NCBI GenBank assembly: GCA_949289575.1
Contig: CASEOG010000002.1
Location: forward strand, 160,254 to 224,253
Direction of reading: 5' to 3'
Source: an uncultured Spirochaetales bacterium
Lineage (GTDB): Bacteria; Spirochaetota; Spirochaetia; JAFGXN01
DNA length: 64,000 nt
Shown: piece after piece, positions 31,122 to 41,007 of the stretch
Layout of the letters: every line of letters starts with the position of its first letter
Numbering within the stretch: position 1 is the stretch's first letter
The notes under the pieces: model-generated
What the model saw: the letters and a program-made list of their open reading frames with translations, nothing else
What the model was told of the DNA's origin: nothing
The model's database searches: none
Made by a program: the position numbers and the translations under genes

Positions 31122-31979
31122 GTGAGAAAGATATTTTTTGCCTGTTTTCTGATTTTAACCGCATCGGCAGGATTTGCGGGAACCCGATTCGAATATGAAT
31201 GGGTCGGTTTTTCGGCTCCCCAATCGGTTTGCGCTTTCGGACGGTATCTGTTTATTTCCAATTTGGGAAACGGTGATAAAAACAATCCGGACGGATATAT
31301 TTCCAAACTGACCGATCAGGGAGAAATTGTCGACAAGTACTGGATTTCCGGTCTGACGGCACCCCGGGGAATGGGAGTCATGAACAACCGTCTTTATGTG
31401 GCCGATGCCGGGTTTGTTCGCGGGTTTAATTTGCTGACACGCAAGGAAGAATTTACGCTGGAAATGCCGGAAACGGAGAAGCTGATCGATATCGAGTCGC
31501 TTCATGACGGTGTTTCGTTTGCCGTAACGGATTCAAAAAACGGACTGATTTATCGTGTTTATTTTAACGGTGATTTCTATCCGCTGATTTTGGAACCGAT
31601 AGAAGGTGTTTCGGGATTGTATTTTAAATCCAGAAAGCTGTATTTTTGTACGGAAGGCTCGGATAAAGACCGGCCTGTCAGCAGAGTCGGGTATCTAAAA
31701 ATCCGTGTCTCCAGGAATGAAGTCATCCCGTATTTCATCGGAACGGCTGAAGGCCGTTTCCGGGGAATCGCTGTCGAAGATAATTCGATTTTTGTGACCG
31801 ATCGCGGTTCTTCCGAGCGACCGGGACGTATTTTCTGTTTTGATGCCGACGAAAATATGATGTATCCGATTTGGGATCGCGATTTGAATCTGCCGGGCGA
31901 CTTTCTGATGGACGGCGATGACGTTCTGGTTCCGACGGAAGGGGACGGAAAGATTAAGTATATTTCGGATATTCATTAA
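31122..31979 (+). CDS. Secreted beta-propeller protein (SMP-30/gluconolactonase-like fold)
   Basis: Signal peptide, repeated blades (LFISN, GL.AP.GM, LYVAD, FAVTDS, IFVTD) and GGAGG SD. Confidence 0.6.
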   Translation: MRKIFFACFLILTASAGFAGTRFEYEWVGFSAPQSVCAFGRYLFISNLGNGDKNNPDGYISKLTDQGEIVDKYWISGLTAPRGMGVMNNRLYVADAGFVRGFNLLTRKEEFTLEMPETEKLIDIESLHDGVSFAVTDSKNGLIYRVYFNGDFYPLILEPIEGVSGLYFKSRKLYFCTEGSDKDRPVSRVGYLKIRVSRNEVIPYFIGTAEGRFRGIAVEDNSIFVTDRGSSERPGRIFCFDADENMMYPIWDRDLNLPGDFLMDGDDVLVPTEGDGKIKYISDIH

Positions 31980-31980
31980 G

Positions 31981-32012
31981 AAAAAGGAACCGGAAATCCG
32001 GTTCCTTTTTTT
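31981..32012. terminator. Bidirectional intrinsic terminator
   Basis: AAAAAGGAACCGG-aaat-CCGGTTCCTTTTT followed by more T residues. Confidence 0.9.
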
Positions 32013-32020
32013 GGAAGTCC

Positions 32021-32332
32021 TCAGTTGTCAATCATTTCCCGAATCCGGTCGGCCGGCATCAGTCCTACAGCCTCGTTTGCGACCGTTCCGTTCCTGAAAA
32101 ACTTTAAAGAAGGAATGGAGGAGACATTGTATTTGAGTGCCAGTTCCCGTTCGTTGTCGACATTGACTTTACCGATTTTAACTTTACCGTTATATTCGGC
32201 AGCCAGCTGTTCGATAATCGGTCCGAGCATCTTGCAGGGACCGCACCAGGGAGCCCAGAAATCAACCAATACGGGAATCTTCGAATTTAAAACTTCCGCA
32301 TCAAAATTTTCACTTGTCAATTCAATAGCCAT
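32021..32332 (-). CDS. trxA: Thioredoxin
   Basis: VLVDFWAPWCGPCK active site. Confidence 0.97.
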   Translation of the reverse strand: MAIELTSENFDAEVLNSKIPVLVDFWAPWCGPCKMLGPIIEQLAAEYNGKVKIGKVNVDNERELALKYNVSSIPSLKFFRNGTVANEAVGLMPADRIREMIDN

Positions 32333-32345
32333 TATTTATCTCCGT

Positions 32346-32390
32346 AATTTTGATAATATTAGTATAATCAAAATTTGATAAAAAAGCAAA
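32346..32390 (-). promoter_or_regulatory. trxA promoter with a palindromic operator-like element
   Basis: TTGCTT, 17 bp spacer, TATACT. Inverted repeat AATTTTGAT (32346-32354) / ATCAAAATT (32367-32375) flanks the -10. Confidence 0.55.
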
Positions 32391-32394
32391 TCAT

Positions 32395-32793
32395 TTATTC
32401 TTTTTCCGCACTGTTTTCGTCCGGAAAATCGGGCTGCGGTTCACCGACGCTTTCAGCTGCTTTCGAGACGACCGGCTTAAACTCGACGTGTTCCGCAACG
32501 ATTTTGATACGGCTTTTGGGGTTTCCGTTTTCATCGTTCCAACGGTCCTGTTTTAATCTGCCGACGATTCGAACACCGCGCCCCTTTGTTAACAAATTCC
32601 CGCACGACTGTGCCGTCGAGGCCCACGATTCGATATCGAAATAGGAAACCTCTTTTTGCAGCTCATCGTTTTGTTTAAAAAAACGGTTCGTTGCGACCGA
32701 GAAAAGACAGACCGGTGTTCCGTTGGGTGTCGATCTGAGAACGGGATCTTTAATCAGATTGCCTTCGATTAAAATGGAATTTAAGTTGTTCAT
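32395..32793 (-). CDS. ssb: Single-stranded DNA-binding protein
   Basis: MNNLNSILIEGNLIKDP, FSVATNR, KGRGVRIVGRL and IVAEHVEF motifs; GGAGG SD. Confidence 0.92.
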   Translation of the reverse strand: MNNLNSILIEGNLIKDPVLRSTPNGTPVCLFSVATNRFFKQNDELQKEVSYFDIESWASTAQSCGNLLTKGRGVRIVGRLKQDRWNDENGNPKSRIKIVAEHVEFKPVVSKAAESVGEPQPDFPDENSAEKE

Positions 32794-32869
32794 AAAACCT
32801 CCTGCGGATGAAACATCCGTAATTAATAATGGTCGAAAAGAATTAATTCGATTCTTTTCGAAACAATTT

Positions 32870-33880
32870 TTAAAAATATTCTTTATCGGTGTTCGGTTCA
32901 CCGAACGAGGCTGTACTTGTGGCGCCGATAAACCACGAAAAGCGGGATCCGGAAGGGGAATCGGGGCGCCGGTTGATGGTTCGTGTCGATGTTGATTTGG
33001 TCGGGTTGAAGCATTCTTCCGGGCGCGGGATTTCGGAGGACCATTCCCAGCCGCCGGCCTCCGTGATCTCCGTCACATTGGTTAAAAACGAGGCACTGCC
33101 GAAGCCGTTATACGCGGTATCCGATGCCGAAGTGCGGTTCGAGTACAAAAACGCTTCGATTAATGTGCCGTTCGGCGTGTCGTAGAGGGTAAGAGCGCCG
33201 TTGGTCCCCGAAAGGCCGCTGCCGCCTTCAACCCAAAAATCGCGTGCATTCGGATGCGCCATTTTTCCTCCCGATTCGTCCAACGCGCCGGTTTCCTGAA
33301 CCTCCGTTGCCAACCCTTCCGGCTTGAAATGAACCAGTATCATTTCGCCGGCTTTGACTTCTGCATTCGGAAAAATAAACAGCGATTTGTAATCGGACGG
33401 AGAACCGTGGTACAGGCAGACTCCCGCCAGATTTCCTTCGGAAAGAGAGAGAATTTCCGCCATGTCGGGACGGGTTGTACTGCCGTTGACGCAGATTTCG
33501 TTCAGTTGCAGCCTGGGAATTCGGGAATTGAATCCGTAAAAGGCCCACATCAGCGTTGTCGTGTTGCCGGAAGCATCGGCTACAGTCAAATCGATGACAT
33601 ATTCCTTCCCCGGTACCTGCGTTTCGTTTGTTTCAATCAGGATGATGCCCTCTTCGGGATACGACACCTTTTGAACCGTTAAGCCGCTGCTGATAACCGG
33701 TTTGTTGTCGGGAACGGTGCACGCTTTATCGAAACGGAGGCGGATGCTCCGTTCTCCCGTCACGGCTGCGTCGGTAAAACGGGGCGGCGAAAAGTCAATC
33801 GGACTGCTTTTTTTCCCAATCGATAAAGGAATGCAGGAAAGAAGAAAAAGCGATAAACAAAAAAGAGCGGTATGTTTCAT
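32870..33880 (-). CDS. Lipoprotein of unknown function (Ig-like plus lamin-tail-like region)
   Basis: Lipobox LFLLSC, LQLNEI...DMAEI pattern and GGAGGT SD. Confidence 0.55.
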   Translation of the reverse strand: MKHTALFCLSLFLLSCIPLSIGKKSSPIDFSPPRFTDAAVTGERSIRLRFDKACTVPDNKPVISSGLTVQKVSYPEEGIILIETNETQVPGKEYVIDLTVADASGNTTTLMWAFYGFNSRIPRLQLNEICVNGSTTRPDMAEILSLSEGNLAGVCLYHGSPSDYKSLFIFPNAEVKAGEMILVHFKPEGLATEVQETGALDESGGKMAHPNARDFWVEGGSGLSGTNGALTLYDTPNGTLIEAFLYSNRTSASDTAYNGFGSASFLTNVTEITEAGGWEWSSEIPRPEECFNPTKSTSTRTINRRPDSPSGSRFSWFIGATSTASFGEPNTDKEYF

Positions 33881-33960
33881 AAGAGACCTCCGTATTCATT
33901 AATGTCCGGACTGACTCTTTTTGAAAAAATCCGCTCTTTTTTTTCGCAAAAAATGTGATT

Positions 33961-35526
33961 TTACAGCAGTTTCAGCAGTTTTTCTTTGCCGATTGTGTAC
34001 ATAAAGTTGATTAAGCGCGGTCCCTTTTCTTTTCCGATCAGAGTGCGGTACATCAGGGTGAAAAAATCGGCGGAAGAGACGTTGTTTTCCTGCATCGAAG
34101 CGTAAATGAGCTCGCCGAACGTTTTTTCGTCGCTCGATTCCATTTTCTCGGCAACCAGTCGGCGCACATCGGCCATCACCCGCGCGCACGCCTCGTCGGC
34201 TTGCGGTTTTTCCTCATCCGCGGTGCGCAGCGAAAAACGGAACTCTTCCGGCGCAAACCGGGTAATCCAGTTCCAAGCGCAGCGGCATTTCTGTTCCAGC
34301 CGCGGTTTCTGGGACGGTTTCAGATCCGGCAGGGTGGCCAGCACCGCATCGATGTTGCCGTCATGAATCTGCAGGAGGTTGCATAAATGGCGCATCGGAA
34401 TCTGATACGGGCATTCTGTCGGCACATCGCCGACCTGGGAAAGGCGGTAAATGCGGTCGCTTTTGGCCTTTTTCGCCGCCTCTTTCGGCGTCGGATTTTC
34501 GGCAAAGAAGAGCCGCTCGCACGATTCGTAATCTTCGTAAATCTTCAACACGTCCAAATCGAACGAAATGGCAAACTCGGTGTTCGGCCGGGTCCCCGCA
34601 AACAGGTAGCGGGTGATTTCCGGGGTGTAGACTTCCAGAACATCATCCAGCCCGATGACATCGCCGCCCGATGACGAAATTTTGCCGCCGCGGCCTTTAA
34701 TCGAAATAAAATCGTACTGAAACGTGACCGGCGGCTGCCAGTCGAAAACGGCGACCGTTTTCTTGGCGGTATCGAAGCTGCCGCCTTCGGAGTGGTGATC
34801 CTTTCCGGCCGGTTCGAAGTCGACCTTTTCGTAAGCCCACCGCATCGGCCAGTCGATACGCCACGGCAGCTTGGCCGCTTTCGTTTTTCTCAAATCGATG
34901 GTTTCGTCGGCGCCGCAGGAAGAGCAGGTGTAATGAATTGACCATTCACCGTCGTAGCCGGTCACCTGAGTCGTATCGCGGTTGCATTTTTCGCAAAAGA
35001 CAGAGACGGGAAGCCAGTCTTCGGGAAGCGGCGTTGTCCGGTGTTCGTCCAGAATCGCTTTCAGTTCGTCTTTCCGGTCGAGAGCTGTTTTGATGCCTTC
35101 GGCATAATCCCCGTTGCGGTATTTGGCGGCCTGATAAATGAATTCCGGCTCGACACCGACAATCGGCAACAGTTTTTCGAGTGTTTTTTCATTATATTGG
35201 GCGTAACTTTCGTACTCGCCGTACACATCGGGCACCAACGTAATCGGCTGCCTCAAATACGATTCGAGAAGTTCCTGCTGCGGCATATTTTTGGGAACTT
35301 TCCGGAAAACGTCGTAATCGTCCCACGAATATAAAAAGCGGACTTTTTTTCCTTTTTCGCGCAGCGCCTGCACGGTGAGGGCTACGGAAATGATTTCGCG
35401 GAAATTACCGATGTGAACGGTTCCCGACGGCGTAATGCCGGATGCGCAAACGTAAAGCTCTTTGTCGCCTTTTTCTCGAATGATTTTGTCGGCCGTAATA
35501 TCGGCCCAGTGAAATGAATCTGCCAT
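33961..35526 (-). CDS. lysS: Class I lysine--tRNA ligase
   Basis: HWAD, SGITPSGTVHIGNFRE, KLPWRIDWPMRW, FEPAGKDH and KISSSGG motifs. Confidence 0.97.
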   Translation of the reverse strand: MADSFHWADITADKIIREKGDKELYVCASGITPSGTVHIGNFREIISVALTVQALREKGKKVRFLYSWDDYDVFRKVPKNMPQQELLESYLRQPITLVPDVYGEYESYAQYNEKTLEKLLPIVGVEPEFIYQAAKYRNGDYAEGIKTALDRKDELKAILDEHRTTPLPEDWLPVSVFCEKCNRDTTQVTGYDGEWSIHYTCSSCGADETIDLRKTKAAKLPWRIDWPMRWAYEKVDFEPAGKDHHSEGGSFDTAKKTVAVFDWQPPVTFQYDFISIKGRGGKISSSGGDVIGLDDVLEVYTPEITRYLFAGTRPNTEFAISFDLDVLKIYEDYESCERLFFAENPTPKEAAKKAKSDRIYRLSQVGDVPTECPYQIPMRHLCNLLQIHDGNIDAVLATLPDLKPSQKPRLEQKCRCAWNWITRFAPEEFRFSLRTADEEKPQADEACARVMADVRRLVAEKMESSDEKTFGELIYASMQENNVSSADFFTLMYRTLIGKEKGPRLINFMYTIGKEKLLKLL

Positions 35527-35561
35527 GATGCGATTATAACTTTGTCGGAAACGAAAGTCAA
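35527..35561 (-). promoter_or_regulatory. Near-consensus promoter placing the TSS on the lysS ATG (leaderless)
   Basis: TTGACT (35556-35561), 17 bp spacer, TATAAT (35533-35538), CGCATC, ATG; no SD. Confidence 0.75.
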
Positions 35562-35625
35562 GAGACGGGAAGGGCGGCGGGCGCCCTTCTTGTTTGAAGA
35601 AGGTGCCGTTTTCGGCAGCGCGTGA

Positions 35626-38082
35626 TTATCGTTCCGAAAAAAGAATTTCCGGATTGCCGTTGAGCCGGACCGATTCGCCCCGCTGCAGTTCGATATCGAT
35701 TGTTTTGCCGGCGTAGCGAACCGTTAACGGTTTTCCGGCATCGGAACGGATAACGGCTTCCGTCAGTTGCCCCTGTTCCCACGATGCGGATACGGTAAAC
35801 CCGCCGGCCGCTTTAAAACCGGAAAAGCGGCCGTTTGCGATAGCCGAAGGCAGCGCCGGCAGCAGATGAATCTCTCCGTTACCGCTTTGCAGCAGCCATT
35901 CGATAAAGGCGGAGACAAGTCCGAAGTTACCGTCAATCTGAAACGGAGGGTGGGCATCCCACAAATTTTTATAAAAGCCGCCGCCGGAAAGGGCAATTTC
36001 CGACCGCGAAGTCGGCTTGACAAAATTCCTCAGCAGCCGGTACGAGTGGTCGCCGTTCCCCAGACGGGCATGGAAATTCATTTTCCAGGCCATCGACCAC
36101 CCGGTGCCCTTATCGCCTCGGGCTTTTAGCGTAACGGCAGCCGCTTTTGCCAACTCGGGTGTCGTAATCGGAGAAATTTGAGTTCCCGGATGTAGGGCGT
36201 ACAAATGAGAAATATGGCGGTGTTTGTTTGTCTTCGAATCGATGTCTTTGGCCCACTCCTGGAGCTGTCCCCACCGTCCGATTTTCGGTTGCGGAATCCG
36301 TTCCAAACAGGATCGCCAATCCTCCCGCTCCCGCTCGTCGGTTTCGAGAATTTCGGAAGCGGAAACGACGGTTTTCAGGATTTCGTGTGCGATTTGGAAA
36401 TCCATTGACGCGCCGGCCGACACGGTGCCGTGCTCGGGAGAATAAGAAGGAGAGGAGATCAGATGACCGGTTTCGTCTTCAATCAGCCAATCGACCCAAA
36501 ATTGCGCGGCGCCTTTGATCGTCGGATAGATCTCTTTCAGAAAAGCGGTATCCTGCGTATACAGGTAGTGATCCCATAAATGGCGGCAGAGCCAGGCTGC
36601 CGCTCCGGGAAAATGGCCCCAGACAATTCCCCAGCCGGGCTGCGTTTCCCCAAAAGGGTTGTTGCTTGTATGGCAGACCCATCCGTCGGTGCCGTAATAG
36701 TGACGGGCGGTGATTTCTCCCGGTTGAACCAGTGTCGGAATGTAGTCGAGCAGCGGTTTGTGGACCTCTCCCAGATCGAGAGGCTCGGCGGGCCAGTAGG
36801 CCATTTGAAGGTTGATATTGGTATGGTAGTCGCTGCTCCACGGCGGATCGGTGTAGGCATTCCACAATCCCTGTAAGTTGAGCGGCAGAGAGCCTTCACG
36901 GGAAGAGGAAATCAGCAGATATTTTCCGTAATTAAAAAGCAGTTCCAAAAACAGCGGGTCTCTGCTGACGGCAAAACGGCGCAAGCGTTTATCGGTCGGA
37001 ATATCCGTTTTCGAATCGGATCGGGTCGAAAAACGGAGAGTTGTTCTGTCAAAGAGATTCGTATAGTCGCGCAGGTGATTCTCGAGTATTCGGTCGATCC
37101 CTTTTCGGCAGGCTTCACGGGCCAATTTGTCGGCCGTTTTGAGAGGTGACCGACGGCTTTTGTACAAAGGGTATTCGTTGATGTAGTCTGTTGCCGCGGA
37201 GAAAAAGAGAACGGCACTGTCGGCGCCCCGAACAGTCACCGATTCGCCGTCGGCAGCGATCGTACCGTTGACGGCTTTTATGTAAATGACGGCGGCGTAT
37301 TTCATGCCGTTGTTGTTCAGGATTCCTTCGACTGTCATTCGTGCCGTCCGGCTGTCGATACAGACTGTCGATACCGTTTCCCTGCGTCCTCTCCCGACGT
37401 TCGGATTTAAGCAGGGGAATTCGTTGCGATATCGGTCGTAATAGTTGTTCGTATCCGTTACCGGTTCCCACTGCAATCCGAATGTGATTTTCCGTTCGGT
37501 GTCTGCCGTCAGTGCGAAGAGCATTGCTTTATCGGGGTAAGAGGCAAATGCCGTTCGGGTATAATGTGTCCCGTCCGAGCTGAAAGTAACGGAATGAAGA
37601 GCGACGGATGTATCCAATTTTCGTATATAATTTCGGGGGTTTTCTCCGAGTTCGGGGAAATGAAGATCGAGGGTTCCGAGAGGCTGATATGCTCCTTTTC
37701 CTGTTCCGTTACCCGTCAGATACTTTTGCGAAAGACGATGAGCTTCTTCGTAGCGGCCTTCGGCGACGGCTTTTCTGATTTCCGGTAAGGCAAAGGCGCC
37801 TTTACCGGGATCGGGTTTGCCGTACCCGGTCCATTCTCCCGGCCCTCCTTCCCAGAGTGTCTTTTCGTTCAGAAGAATCCGTTCATGGGAAACTCCTCCG
37901 AAAAGAGAAGCGCCCATCCATCCGTTTCCGATCGGAAGAGCTTCCTGTTCCCAATTTTGTGCCGGTTTTTTGTAGAAAAGGACTTTATCGGCCGATTCGG
38001 CTGCAGAGGCATGGGGAGAAAAGAAAAGCGTTCCTGTGAGAATCGTCCCTATGAGAATGACCGGAGAGAGCGAAGAGTTCAT
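35626..38082 (-). CDS. GH95 alpha-1,2-L-fucosidase
   Basis: Signal peptide; WEQEALPIGNG, YGKYLLISSSR, NLQGLWN, SDYHTNINLQMAYW, SPEHG, HRHISHLY, GWSMAWK and HPPFQIDGNFG motifs. Confidence 0.93.
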   Translation of the reverse strand: MNSSLSPVILIGTILTGTLFFSPHASAAESADKVLFYKKPAQNWEQEALPIGNGWMGASLFGGVSHERILLNEKTLWEGGPGEWTGYGKPDPGKGAFALPEIRKAVAEGRYEEAHRLSQKYLTGNGTGKGAYQPLGTLDLHFPELGENPRNYIRKLDTSVALHSVTFSSDGTHYTRTAFASYPDKAMLFALTADTERKITFGLQWEPVTDTNNYYDRYRNEFPCLNPNVGRGRRETVSTVCIDSRTARMTVEGILNNNGMKYAAVIYIKAVNGTIAADGESVTVRGADSAVLFFSAATDYINEYPLYKSRRSPLKTADKLAREACRKGIDRILENHLRDYTNLFDRTTLRFSTRSDSKTDIPTDKRLRRFAVSRDPLFLELLFNYGKYLLISSSREGSLPLNLQGLWNAYTDPPWSSDYHTNINLQMAYWPAEPLDLGEVHKPLLDYIPTLVQPGEITARHYYGTDGWVCHTSNNPFGETQPGWGIVWGHFPGAAAWLCRHLWDHYLYTQDTAFLKEIYPTIKGAAQFWVDWLIEDETGHLISSPSYSPEHGTVSAGASMDFQIAHEILKTVVSASEILETDEREREDWRSCLERIPQPKIGRWGQLQEWAKDIDSKTNKHRHISHLYALHPGTQISPITTPELAKAAAVTLKARGDKGTGWSMAWKMNFHARLGNGDHSYRLLRNFVKPTSRSEIALSGGGFYKNLWDAHPPFQIDGNFGLVSAFIEWLLQSGNGEIHLLPALPSAIANGRFSGFKAAGGFTVSASWEQGQLTEAVIRSDAGKPLTVRYAGKTIDIELQRGESVRLNGNPEILFSER

Positions 38083-39941
38083 CGGGTTTCGATTTCTTCA
38101 ATCCAAAATGCCGTCATCCAGGTCTGTTTCGGTGAATTTTTGACCGCTTTGATTTCGATAACGTTGACTCCTTTTTTCAGCTGTATACGGACCGGTTGCC
38201 GGCGCCAGTAGAGTTCTTCGGCTGTCCACGGGACCTCCTGTACCGGGTGATCCCATGTTTGGACAATGTCGTGGCGGTAGGCGCCCGGCTGCTGCCACTG
38301 CGGCGGTGCGACGGGTTCTCCGTTTAACGTAATCGTACTGCCGTAGCGGTCCCATTTGCCCTTCGGAGGAACTCCGCCGTAAAAACGGTGCGCACGCAGC
38401 GGGACGTCGAAACCGGCATGCAGCAGAACGTCCCGGTCCGTATCGCTGACGATTTCCGTCCGGCAGAAAGCGGCCTGCCGTTTTTTTGCGTTCGGGAAGT
38501 AGCTGTCCAGGAGCAGCGAGACACCCCGTCCCTCCACCGTTTCACCGGACGGTCCCGTCAGTTGCCAAACCGTGTCGCACTGTTTTTCGTAAATGAATTC
38601 GGCGCCGACATCCCCGAAATAAAGATCTTTATGCGCAATCAGTCTGTTTTCGTATTCGGAAAAGGCTCGGAAGGCGGCCGTGCCTTTCGGGGGAATCATT
38701 TGTCTGTATTTTCGGCTTCCCGTCGGATTGCCGTTCCAAAAGATTTCGGCCGCCGTGATTCCCGCTGCGTATACCGGATTATTCAGTAAAACCTCGCGCT
38801 GGTCGGCAACAGCCACATCGTTCCAGTTACAGAGAATCGCACCCATGTCCGATTCCGATCCTTCGGGAACACCGCACGGCTGTTTGAAGTAGACAGCCTG
38901 AACGGCATTAAAATAATCAAAAGTATTTGTATAGAGACCGCTCGAATCGATATTCCGGTAACCGGGCTGTTTGGCGTTCTCAAACCATGTGTGCTCGATC
39001 ATATCGTTCGATGAGGGGATTCCGGGGTTCCAAACCATTCCGGTTCGGCCGTTTTCCTTCAGTTTTGCCTCGACCAGAGGCATGAATTCTTTGATAACGG
39101 GAGCCCGAACTTCGTCGGCACCGATATGAATAATCGGAGCCGTTTCGACCGGGATTTCATCGCAGAATTCCTGAATCAGATCGAGACAGATTTGGGTTCC
39201 TTTTTGCGAACCCATCGAAAAACCGAATGCTTTCGGAAAGAATTTGCTGTGTCCCGGCATATCCAGTTCCACAATCACCCGGACGCCCAGATCGTTGCTG
39301 AAAGAAATCAGATCACGGATTTCGTCGTAAGTATAAAATTCGGTACTGCGGTACATCGTTTTCGGATCGTTGAGAACCGGATATTTTTTACATTCGACCC
39401 GCCAGCCCGGATTGTCGGTGATGTGCCAGTGGAATGTGTTGAGTTTGTAAGCGGCCAGACGGCGGATTTGTTCTTTCAGATAGGGAATCGTCTGAAAATT
39501 TCTTCCGGTATCATGGTGAAAGCCGCGGACAGAAAAGGCGGGAAAATCTTCTATTATGCAGGCCGGCACCGGTTTTCGTCCGTTTTCGCTCAGTTGATTC
39601 AGTGTCAAACCCGCATAGCGGAGGCCCCGTTCGTCATTGGCCCTGATTTCGACGATACCGTTTTCGATTTTCAGAGAATAAGCTTCCGGTGAGCGGCTGA
39701 AAGCAAGCGGTTCCCTCTTTTTGATGATTTGACACTGTTCGAGTGGCCATTCGCCTTCTTTCCAGACAACATGACGCGGAAACGGAATCAGTGCACGGGG
39801 TGCCGCTTCGGCGGCCGGTAAATCAATCGGCGGAACATATTCTTTTGTTTCCGTATCCGATACCGTCGGCGGAATATCGACAGAAAGGCACCCGATAAAA
39901 AATAATCCCGTAAACAGTAATTTGCAAATTGTTTGACTCAT
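38079..39941 (-). CDS. GH20 beta-N-acetylhexosaminidase lipoprotein
   Basis: Lipobox LFFIGC; RGFHHDTGRNF, FHWHITDNPGWR, ELDMPGH and the catalytic HIGADEV. ATGA overlap with the GH95 start. Confidence 0.92.
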   Translation of the reverse strand: MSQTICKLLFTGLFFIGCLSVDIPPTVSDTETKEYVPPIDLPAAEAAPRALIPFPRHVVWKEGEWPLEQCQIIKKREPLAFSRSPEAYSLKIENGIVEIRANDERGLRYAGLTLNQLSENGRKPVPACIIEDFPAFSVRGFHHDTGRNFQTIPYLKEQIRRLAAYKLNTFHWHITDNPGWRVECKKYPVLNDPKTMYRSTEFYTYDEIRDLISFSNDLGVRVIVELDMPGHSKFFPKAFGFSMGSQKGTQICLDLIQEFCDEIPVETAPIIHIGADEVRAPVIKEFMPLVEAKLKENGRTGMVWNPGIPSSNDMIEHTWFENAKQPGYRNIDSSGLYTNTFDYFNAVQAVYFKQPCGVPEGSESDMGAILCNWNDVAVADQREVLLNNPVYAAGITAAEIFWNGNPTGSRKYRQMIPPKGTAAFRAFSEYENRLIAHKDLYFGDVGAEFIYEKQCDTVWQLTGPSGETVEGRGVSLLLDSYFPNAKKRQAAFCRTEIVSDTDRDVLLHAGFDVPLRAHRFYGGVPPKGKWDRYGSTITLNGEPVAPPQWQQPGAYRHDIVQTWDHPVQEVPWTAEELYWRRQPVRIQLKKGVNVIEIKAVKNSPKQTWMTAFWIEEIETR

Positions 39942-39976
39942 ACATCCCATTATACGGAAATTTTTCGTAAATACAA
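39942..39976 (-). promoter_or_regulatory. Promoter of GH20-GH95, probably leaderless
   Basis: TTGTAT (39971-39976), 16 bp spacer, TATAAT (39949-39954), 7 nt, ATG at 39941. Confidence 0.65.
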
Positions 39977-40003
39977 GAGAAAAAAGAGAGAGGCTGATTT
40001 TTT

Positions 40004-40903
40004 TCAGTTCCGGAATCCCGTGCGCCGGTGTGGCCCTTTATCGGTCTTTCCGTTTTTGTTTTTCCCGGCGGCATTTTTGAGAACAACGGCATCGGCTGTA
40101 ATTTTAATTTTCCCCGTTTTGTAGAGACTTCCGATTGTCCGTTTAAACAGCGCTTTACTCATGCCGAGAGCGGCTTCGATTTCACCGGGGGAACTGTTAT
40201 CCGAGAGAGGGAGTTTCCCGCCTGCCGCTTCCAATGCTTCGATAAGGGTTTTTTCCGCCGCTTCGACGGATTTTCTGTAGCCCTGCGGAAAGAGGCTTAA
40301 GTCGATTTTGCCGTCGTCCCGTATTTTTTTGATGTAGGCGCGCCGTCTGTCGCCGATCCGAAACGCTTTTTCGGCGAAGGTTTTGTATAAAAGTCCGGCA
40401 TGACGGTTGTTGATAATCGCGGAGGCGCCCAGTCCGGTCATCTGGTAAATCAGAATTTCCACTTCCTGATTCGGGGTGTAGAGGCCGTCGGCTTTTTCGA
40501 GATAATCTTCGACATAGCAGTCGCCGATTGTGGTGTCATCGTCGTAGTTGGGAATCAGTCTGACGATAATTTTTTCTCCCGGCTGATATTCGTCATGGTC
40601 CAGATTTCGTTTCGGAATAAAAAGATCTTTGGGAATCCCCCAATCGGCAAAAACACCGAAAGTTTCGACACTTTTGACGGTCAGGGCCGCAAAATCACCC
40701 CGTAACCCGTAAGGCCGGCGTTCGGTTGCCCTCAACGAGTCCCGGTTGTTATAAACAAAGAGAGAGATTTCTTTCCCTTTCTCGAAAGGAGGGCGCGAAT
40801 CGGAAGCGGGCAGAAGAATATCCTGTTCGCCGTCCGTCAGCAGAATCCCTTTGGAAATCTGTTTTTTCATGATCAGCGTATTGTATGCATCGGGTTGTAT
40901 CAA
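40004..40903 (-). CDS. cvfB: CvfB/YitL family S1-domain RNA-binding protein
   Basis: YNTL, FADWGIPKDLFIP, DDGKIDLS and LGMSKALFKRTIGSLYK motifs; TTG start with GGAGGT SD. Confidence 0.9.
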   Translation of the reverse strand: MIQPDAYNTLIMKKQISKGILLTDGEQDILLPASDSRPPFEKGKEISLFVYNNRDSLRATERRPYGLRGDFAALTVKSVETFGVFADWGIPKDLFIPKRNLDHDEYQPGEKIIVRLIPNYDDDTTIGDCYVEDYLEKADGLYTPNQEVEILIYQMTGLGASAIINNRHAGLLYKTFAEKAFRIGDRRRAYIKKIRDDGKIDLSLFPQGYRKSVEAAEKTLIEALEAAGGKLPLSDNSSPGEIEAALGMSKALFKRTIGSLYKTGKIKITADAVVLKNAAGKNKNGKTDKGPHRRTGFRN

Positions 40904-40976
40904 TCAAAACCTCCGTCCGTCAGTATACACCAATTTACGGAAATAGGGAATTCCTTTGCCGTTTGTGCGGAGCGAT

Positions 40977-41001
40977 AAAAAAGGAGCGCCGAGGGCGCTC
41001 C
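40977..41001 (-). terminator. Intrinsic terminator ending the SCP2/aminotransferase/transketolase/VOC operon
   Basis: GGAGCGCC-ctc-GGCGCTCC followed by T6 on the minus strand. Confidence 0.85.
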
Positions 41002-41007
41002 CGAGTT

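Noticed and set aside
32395-32450. SSB lacking the acidic DDxxPF tail
   Set aside because: A second, tail-less SSB paralog is common in bacteria; low novelty.
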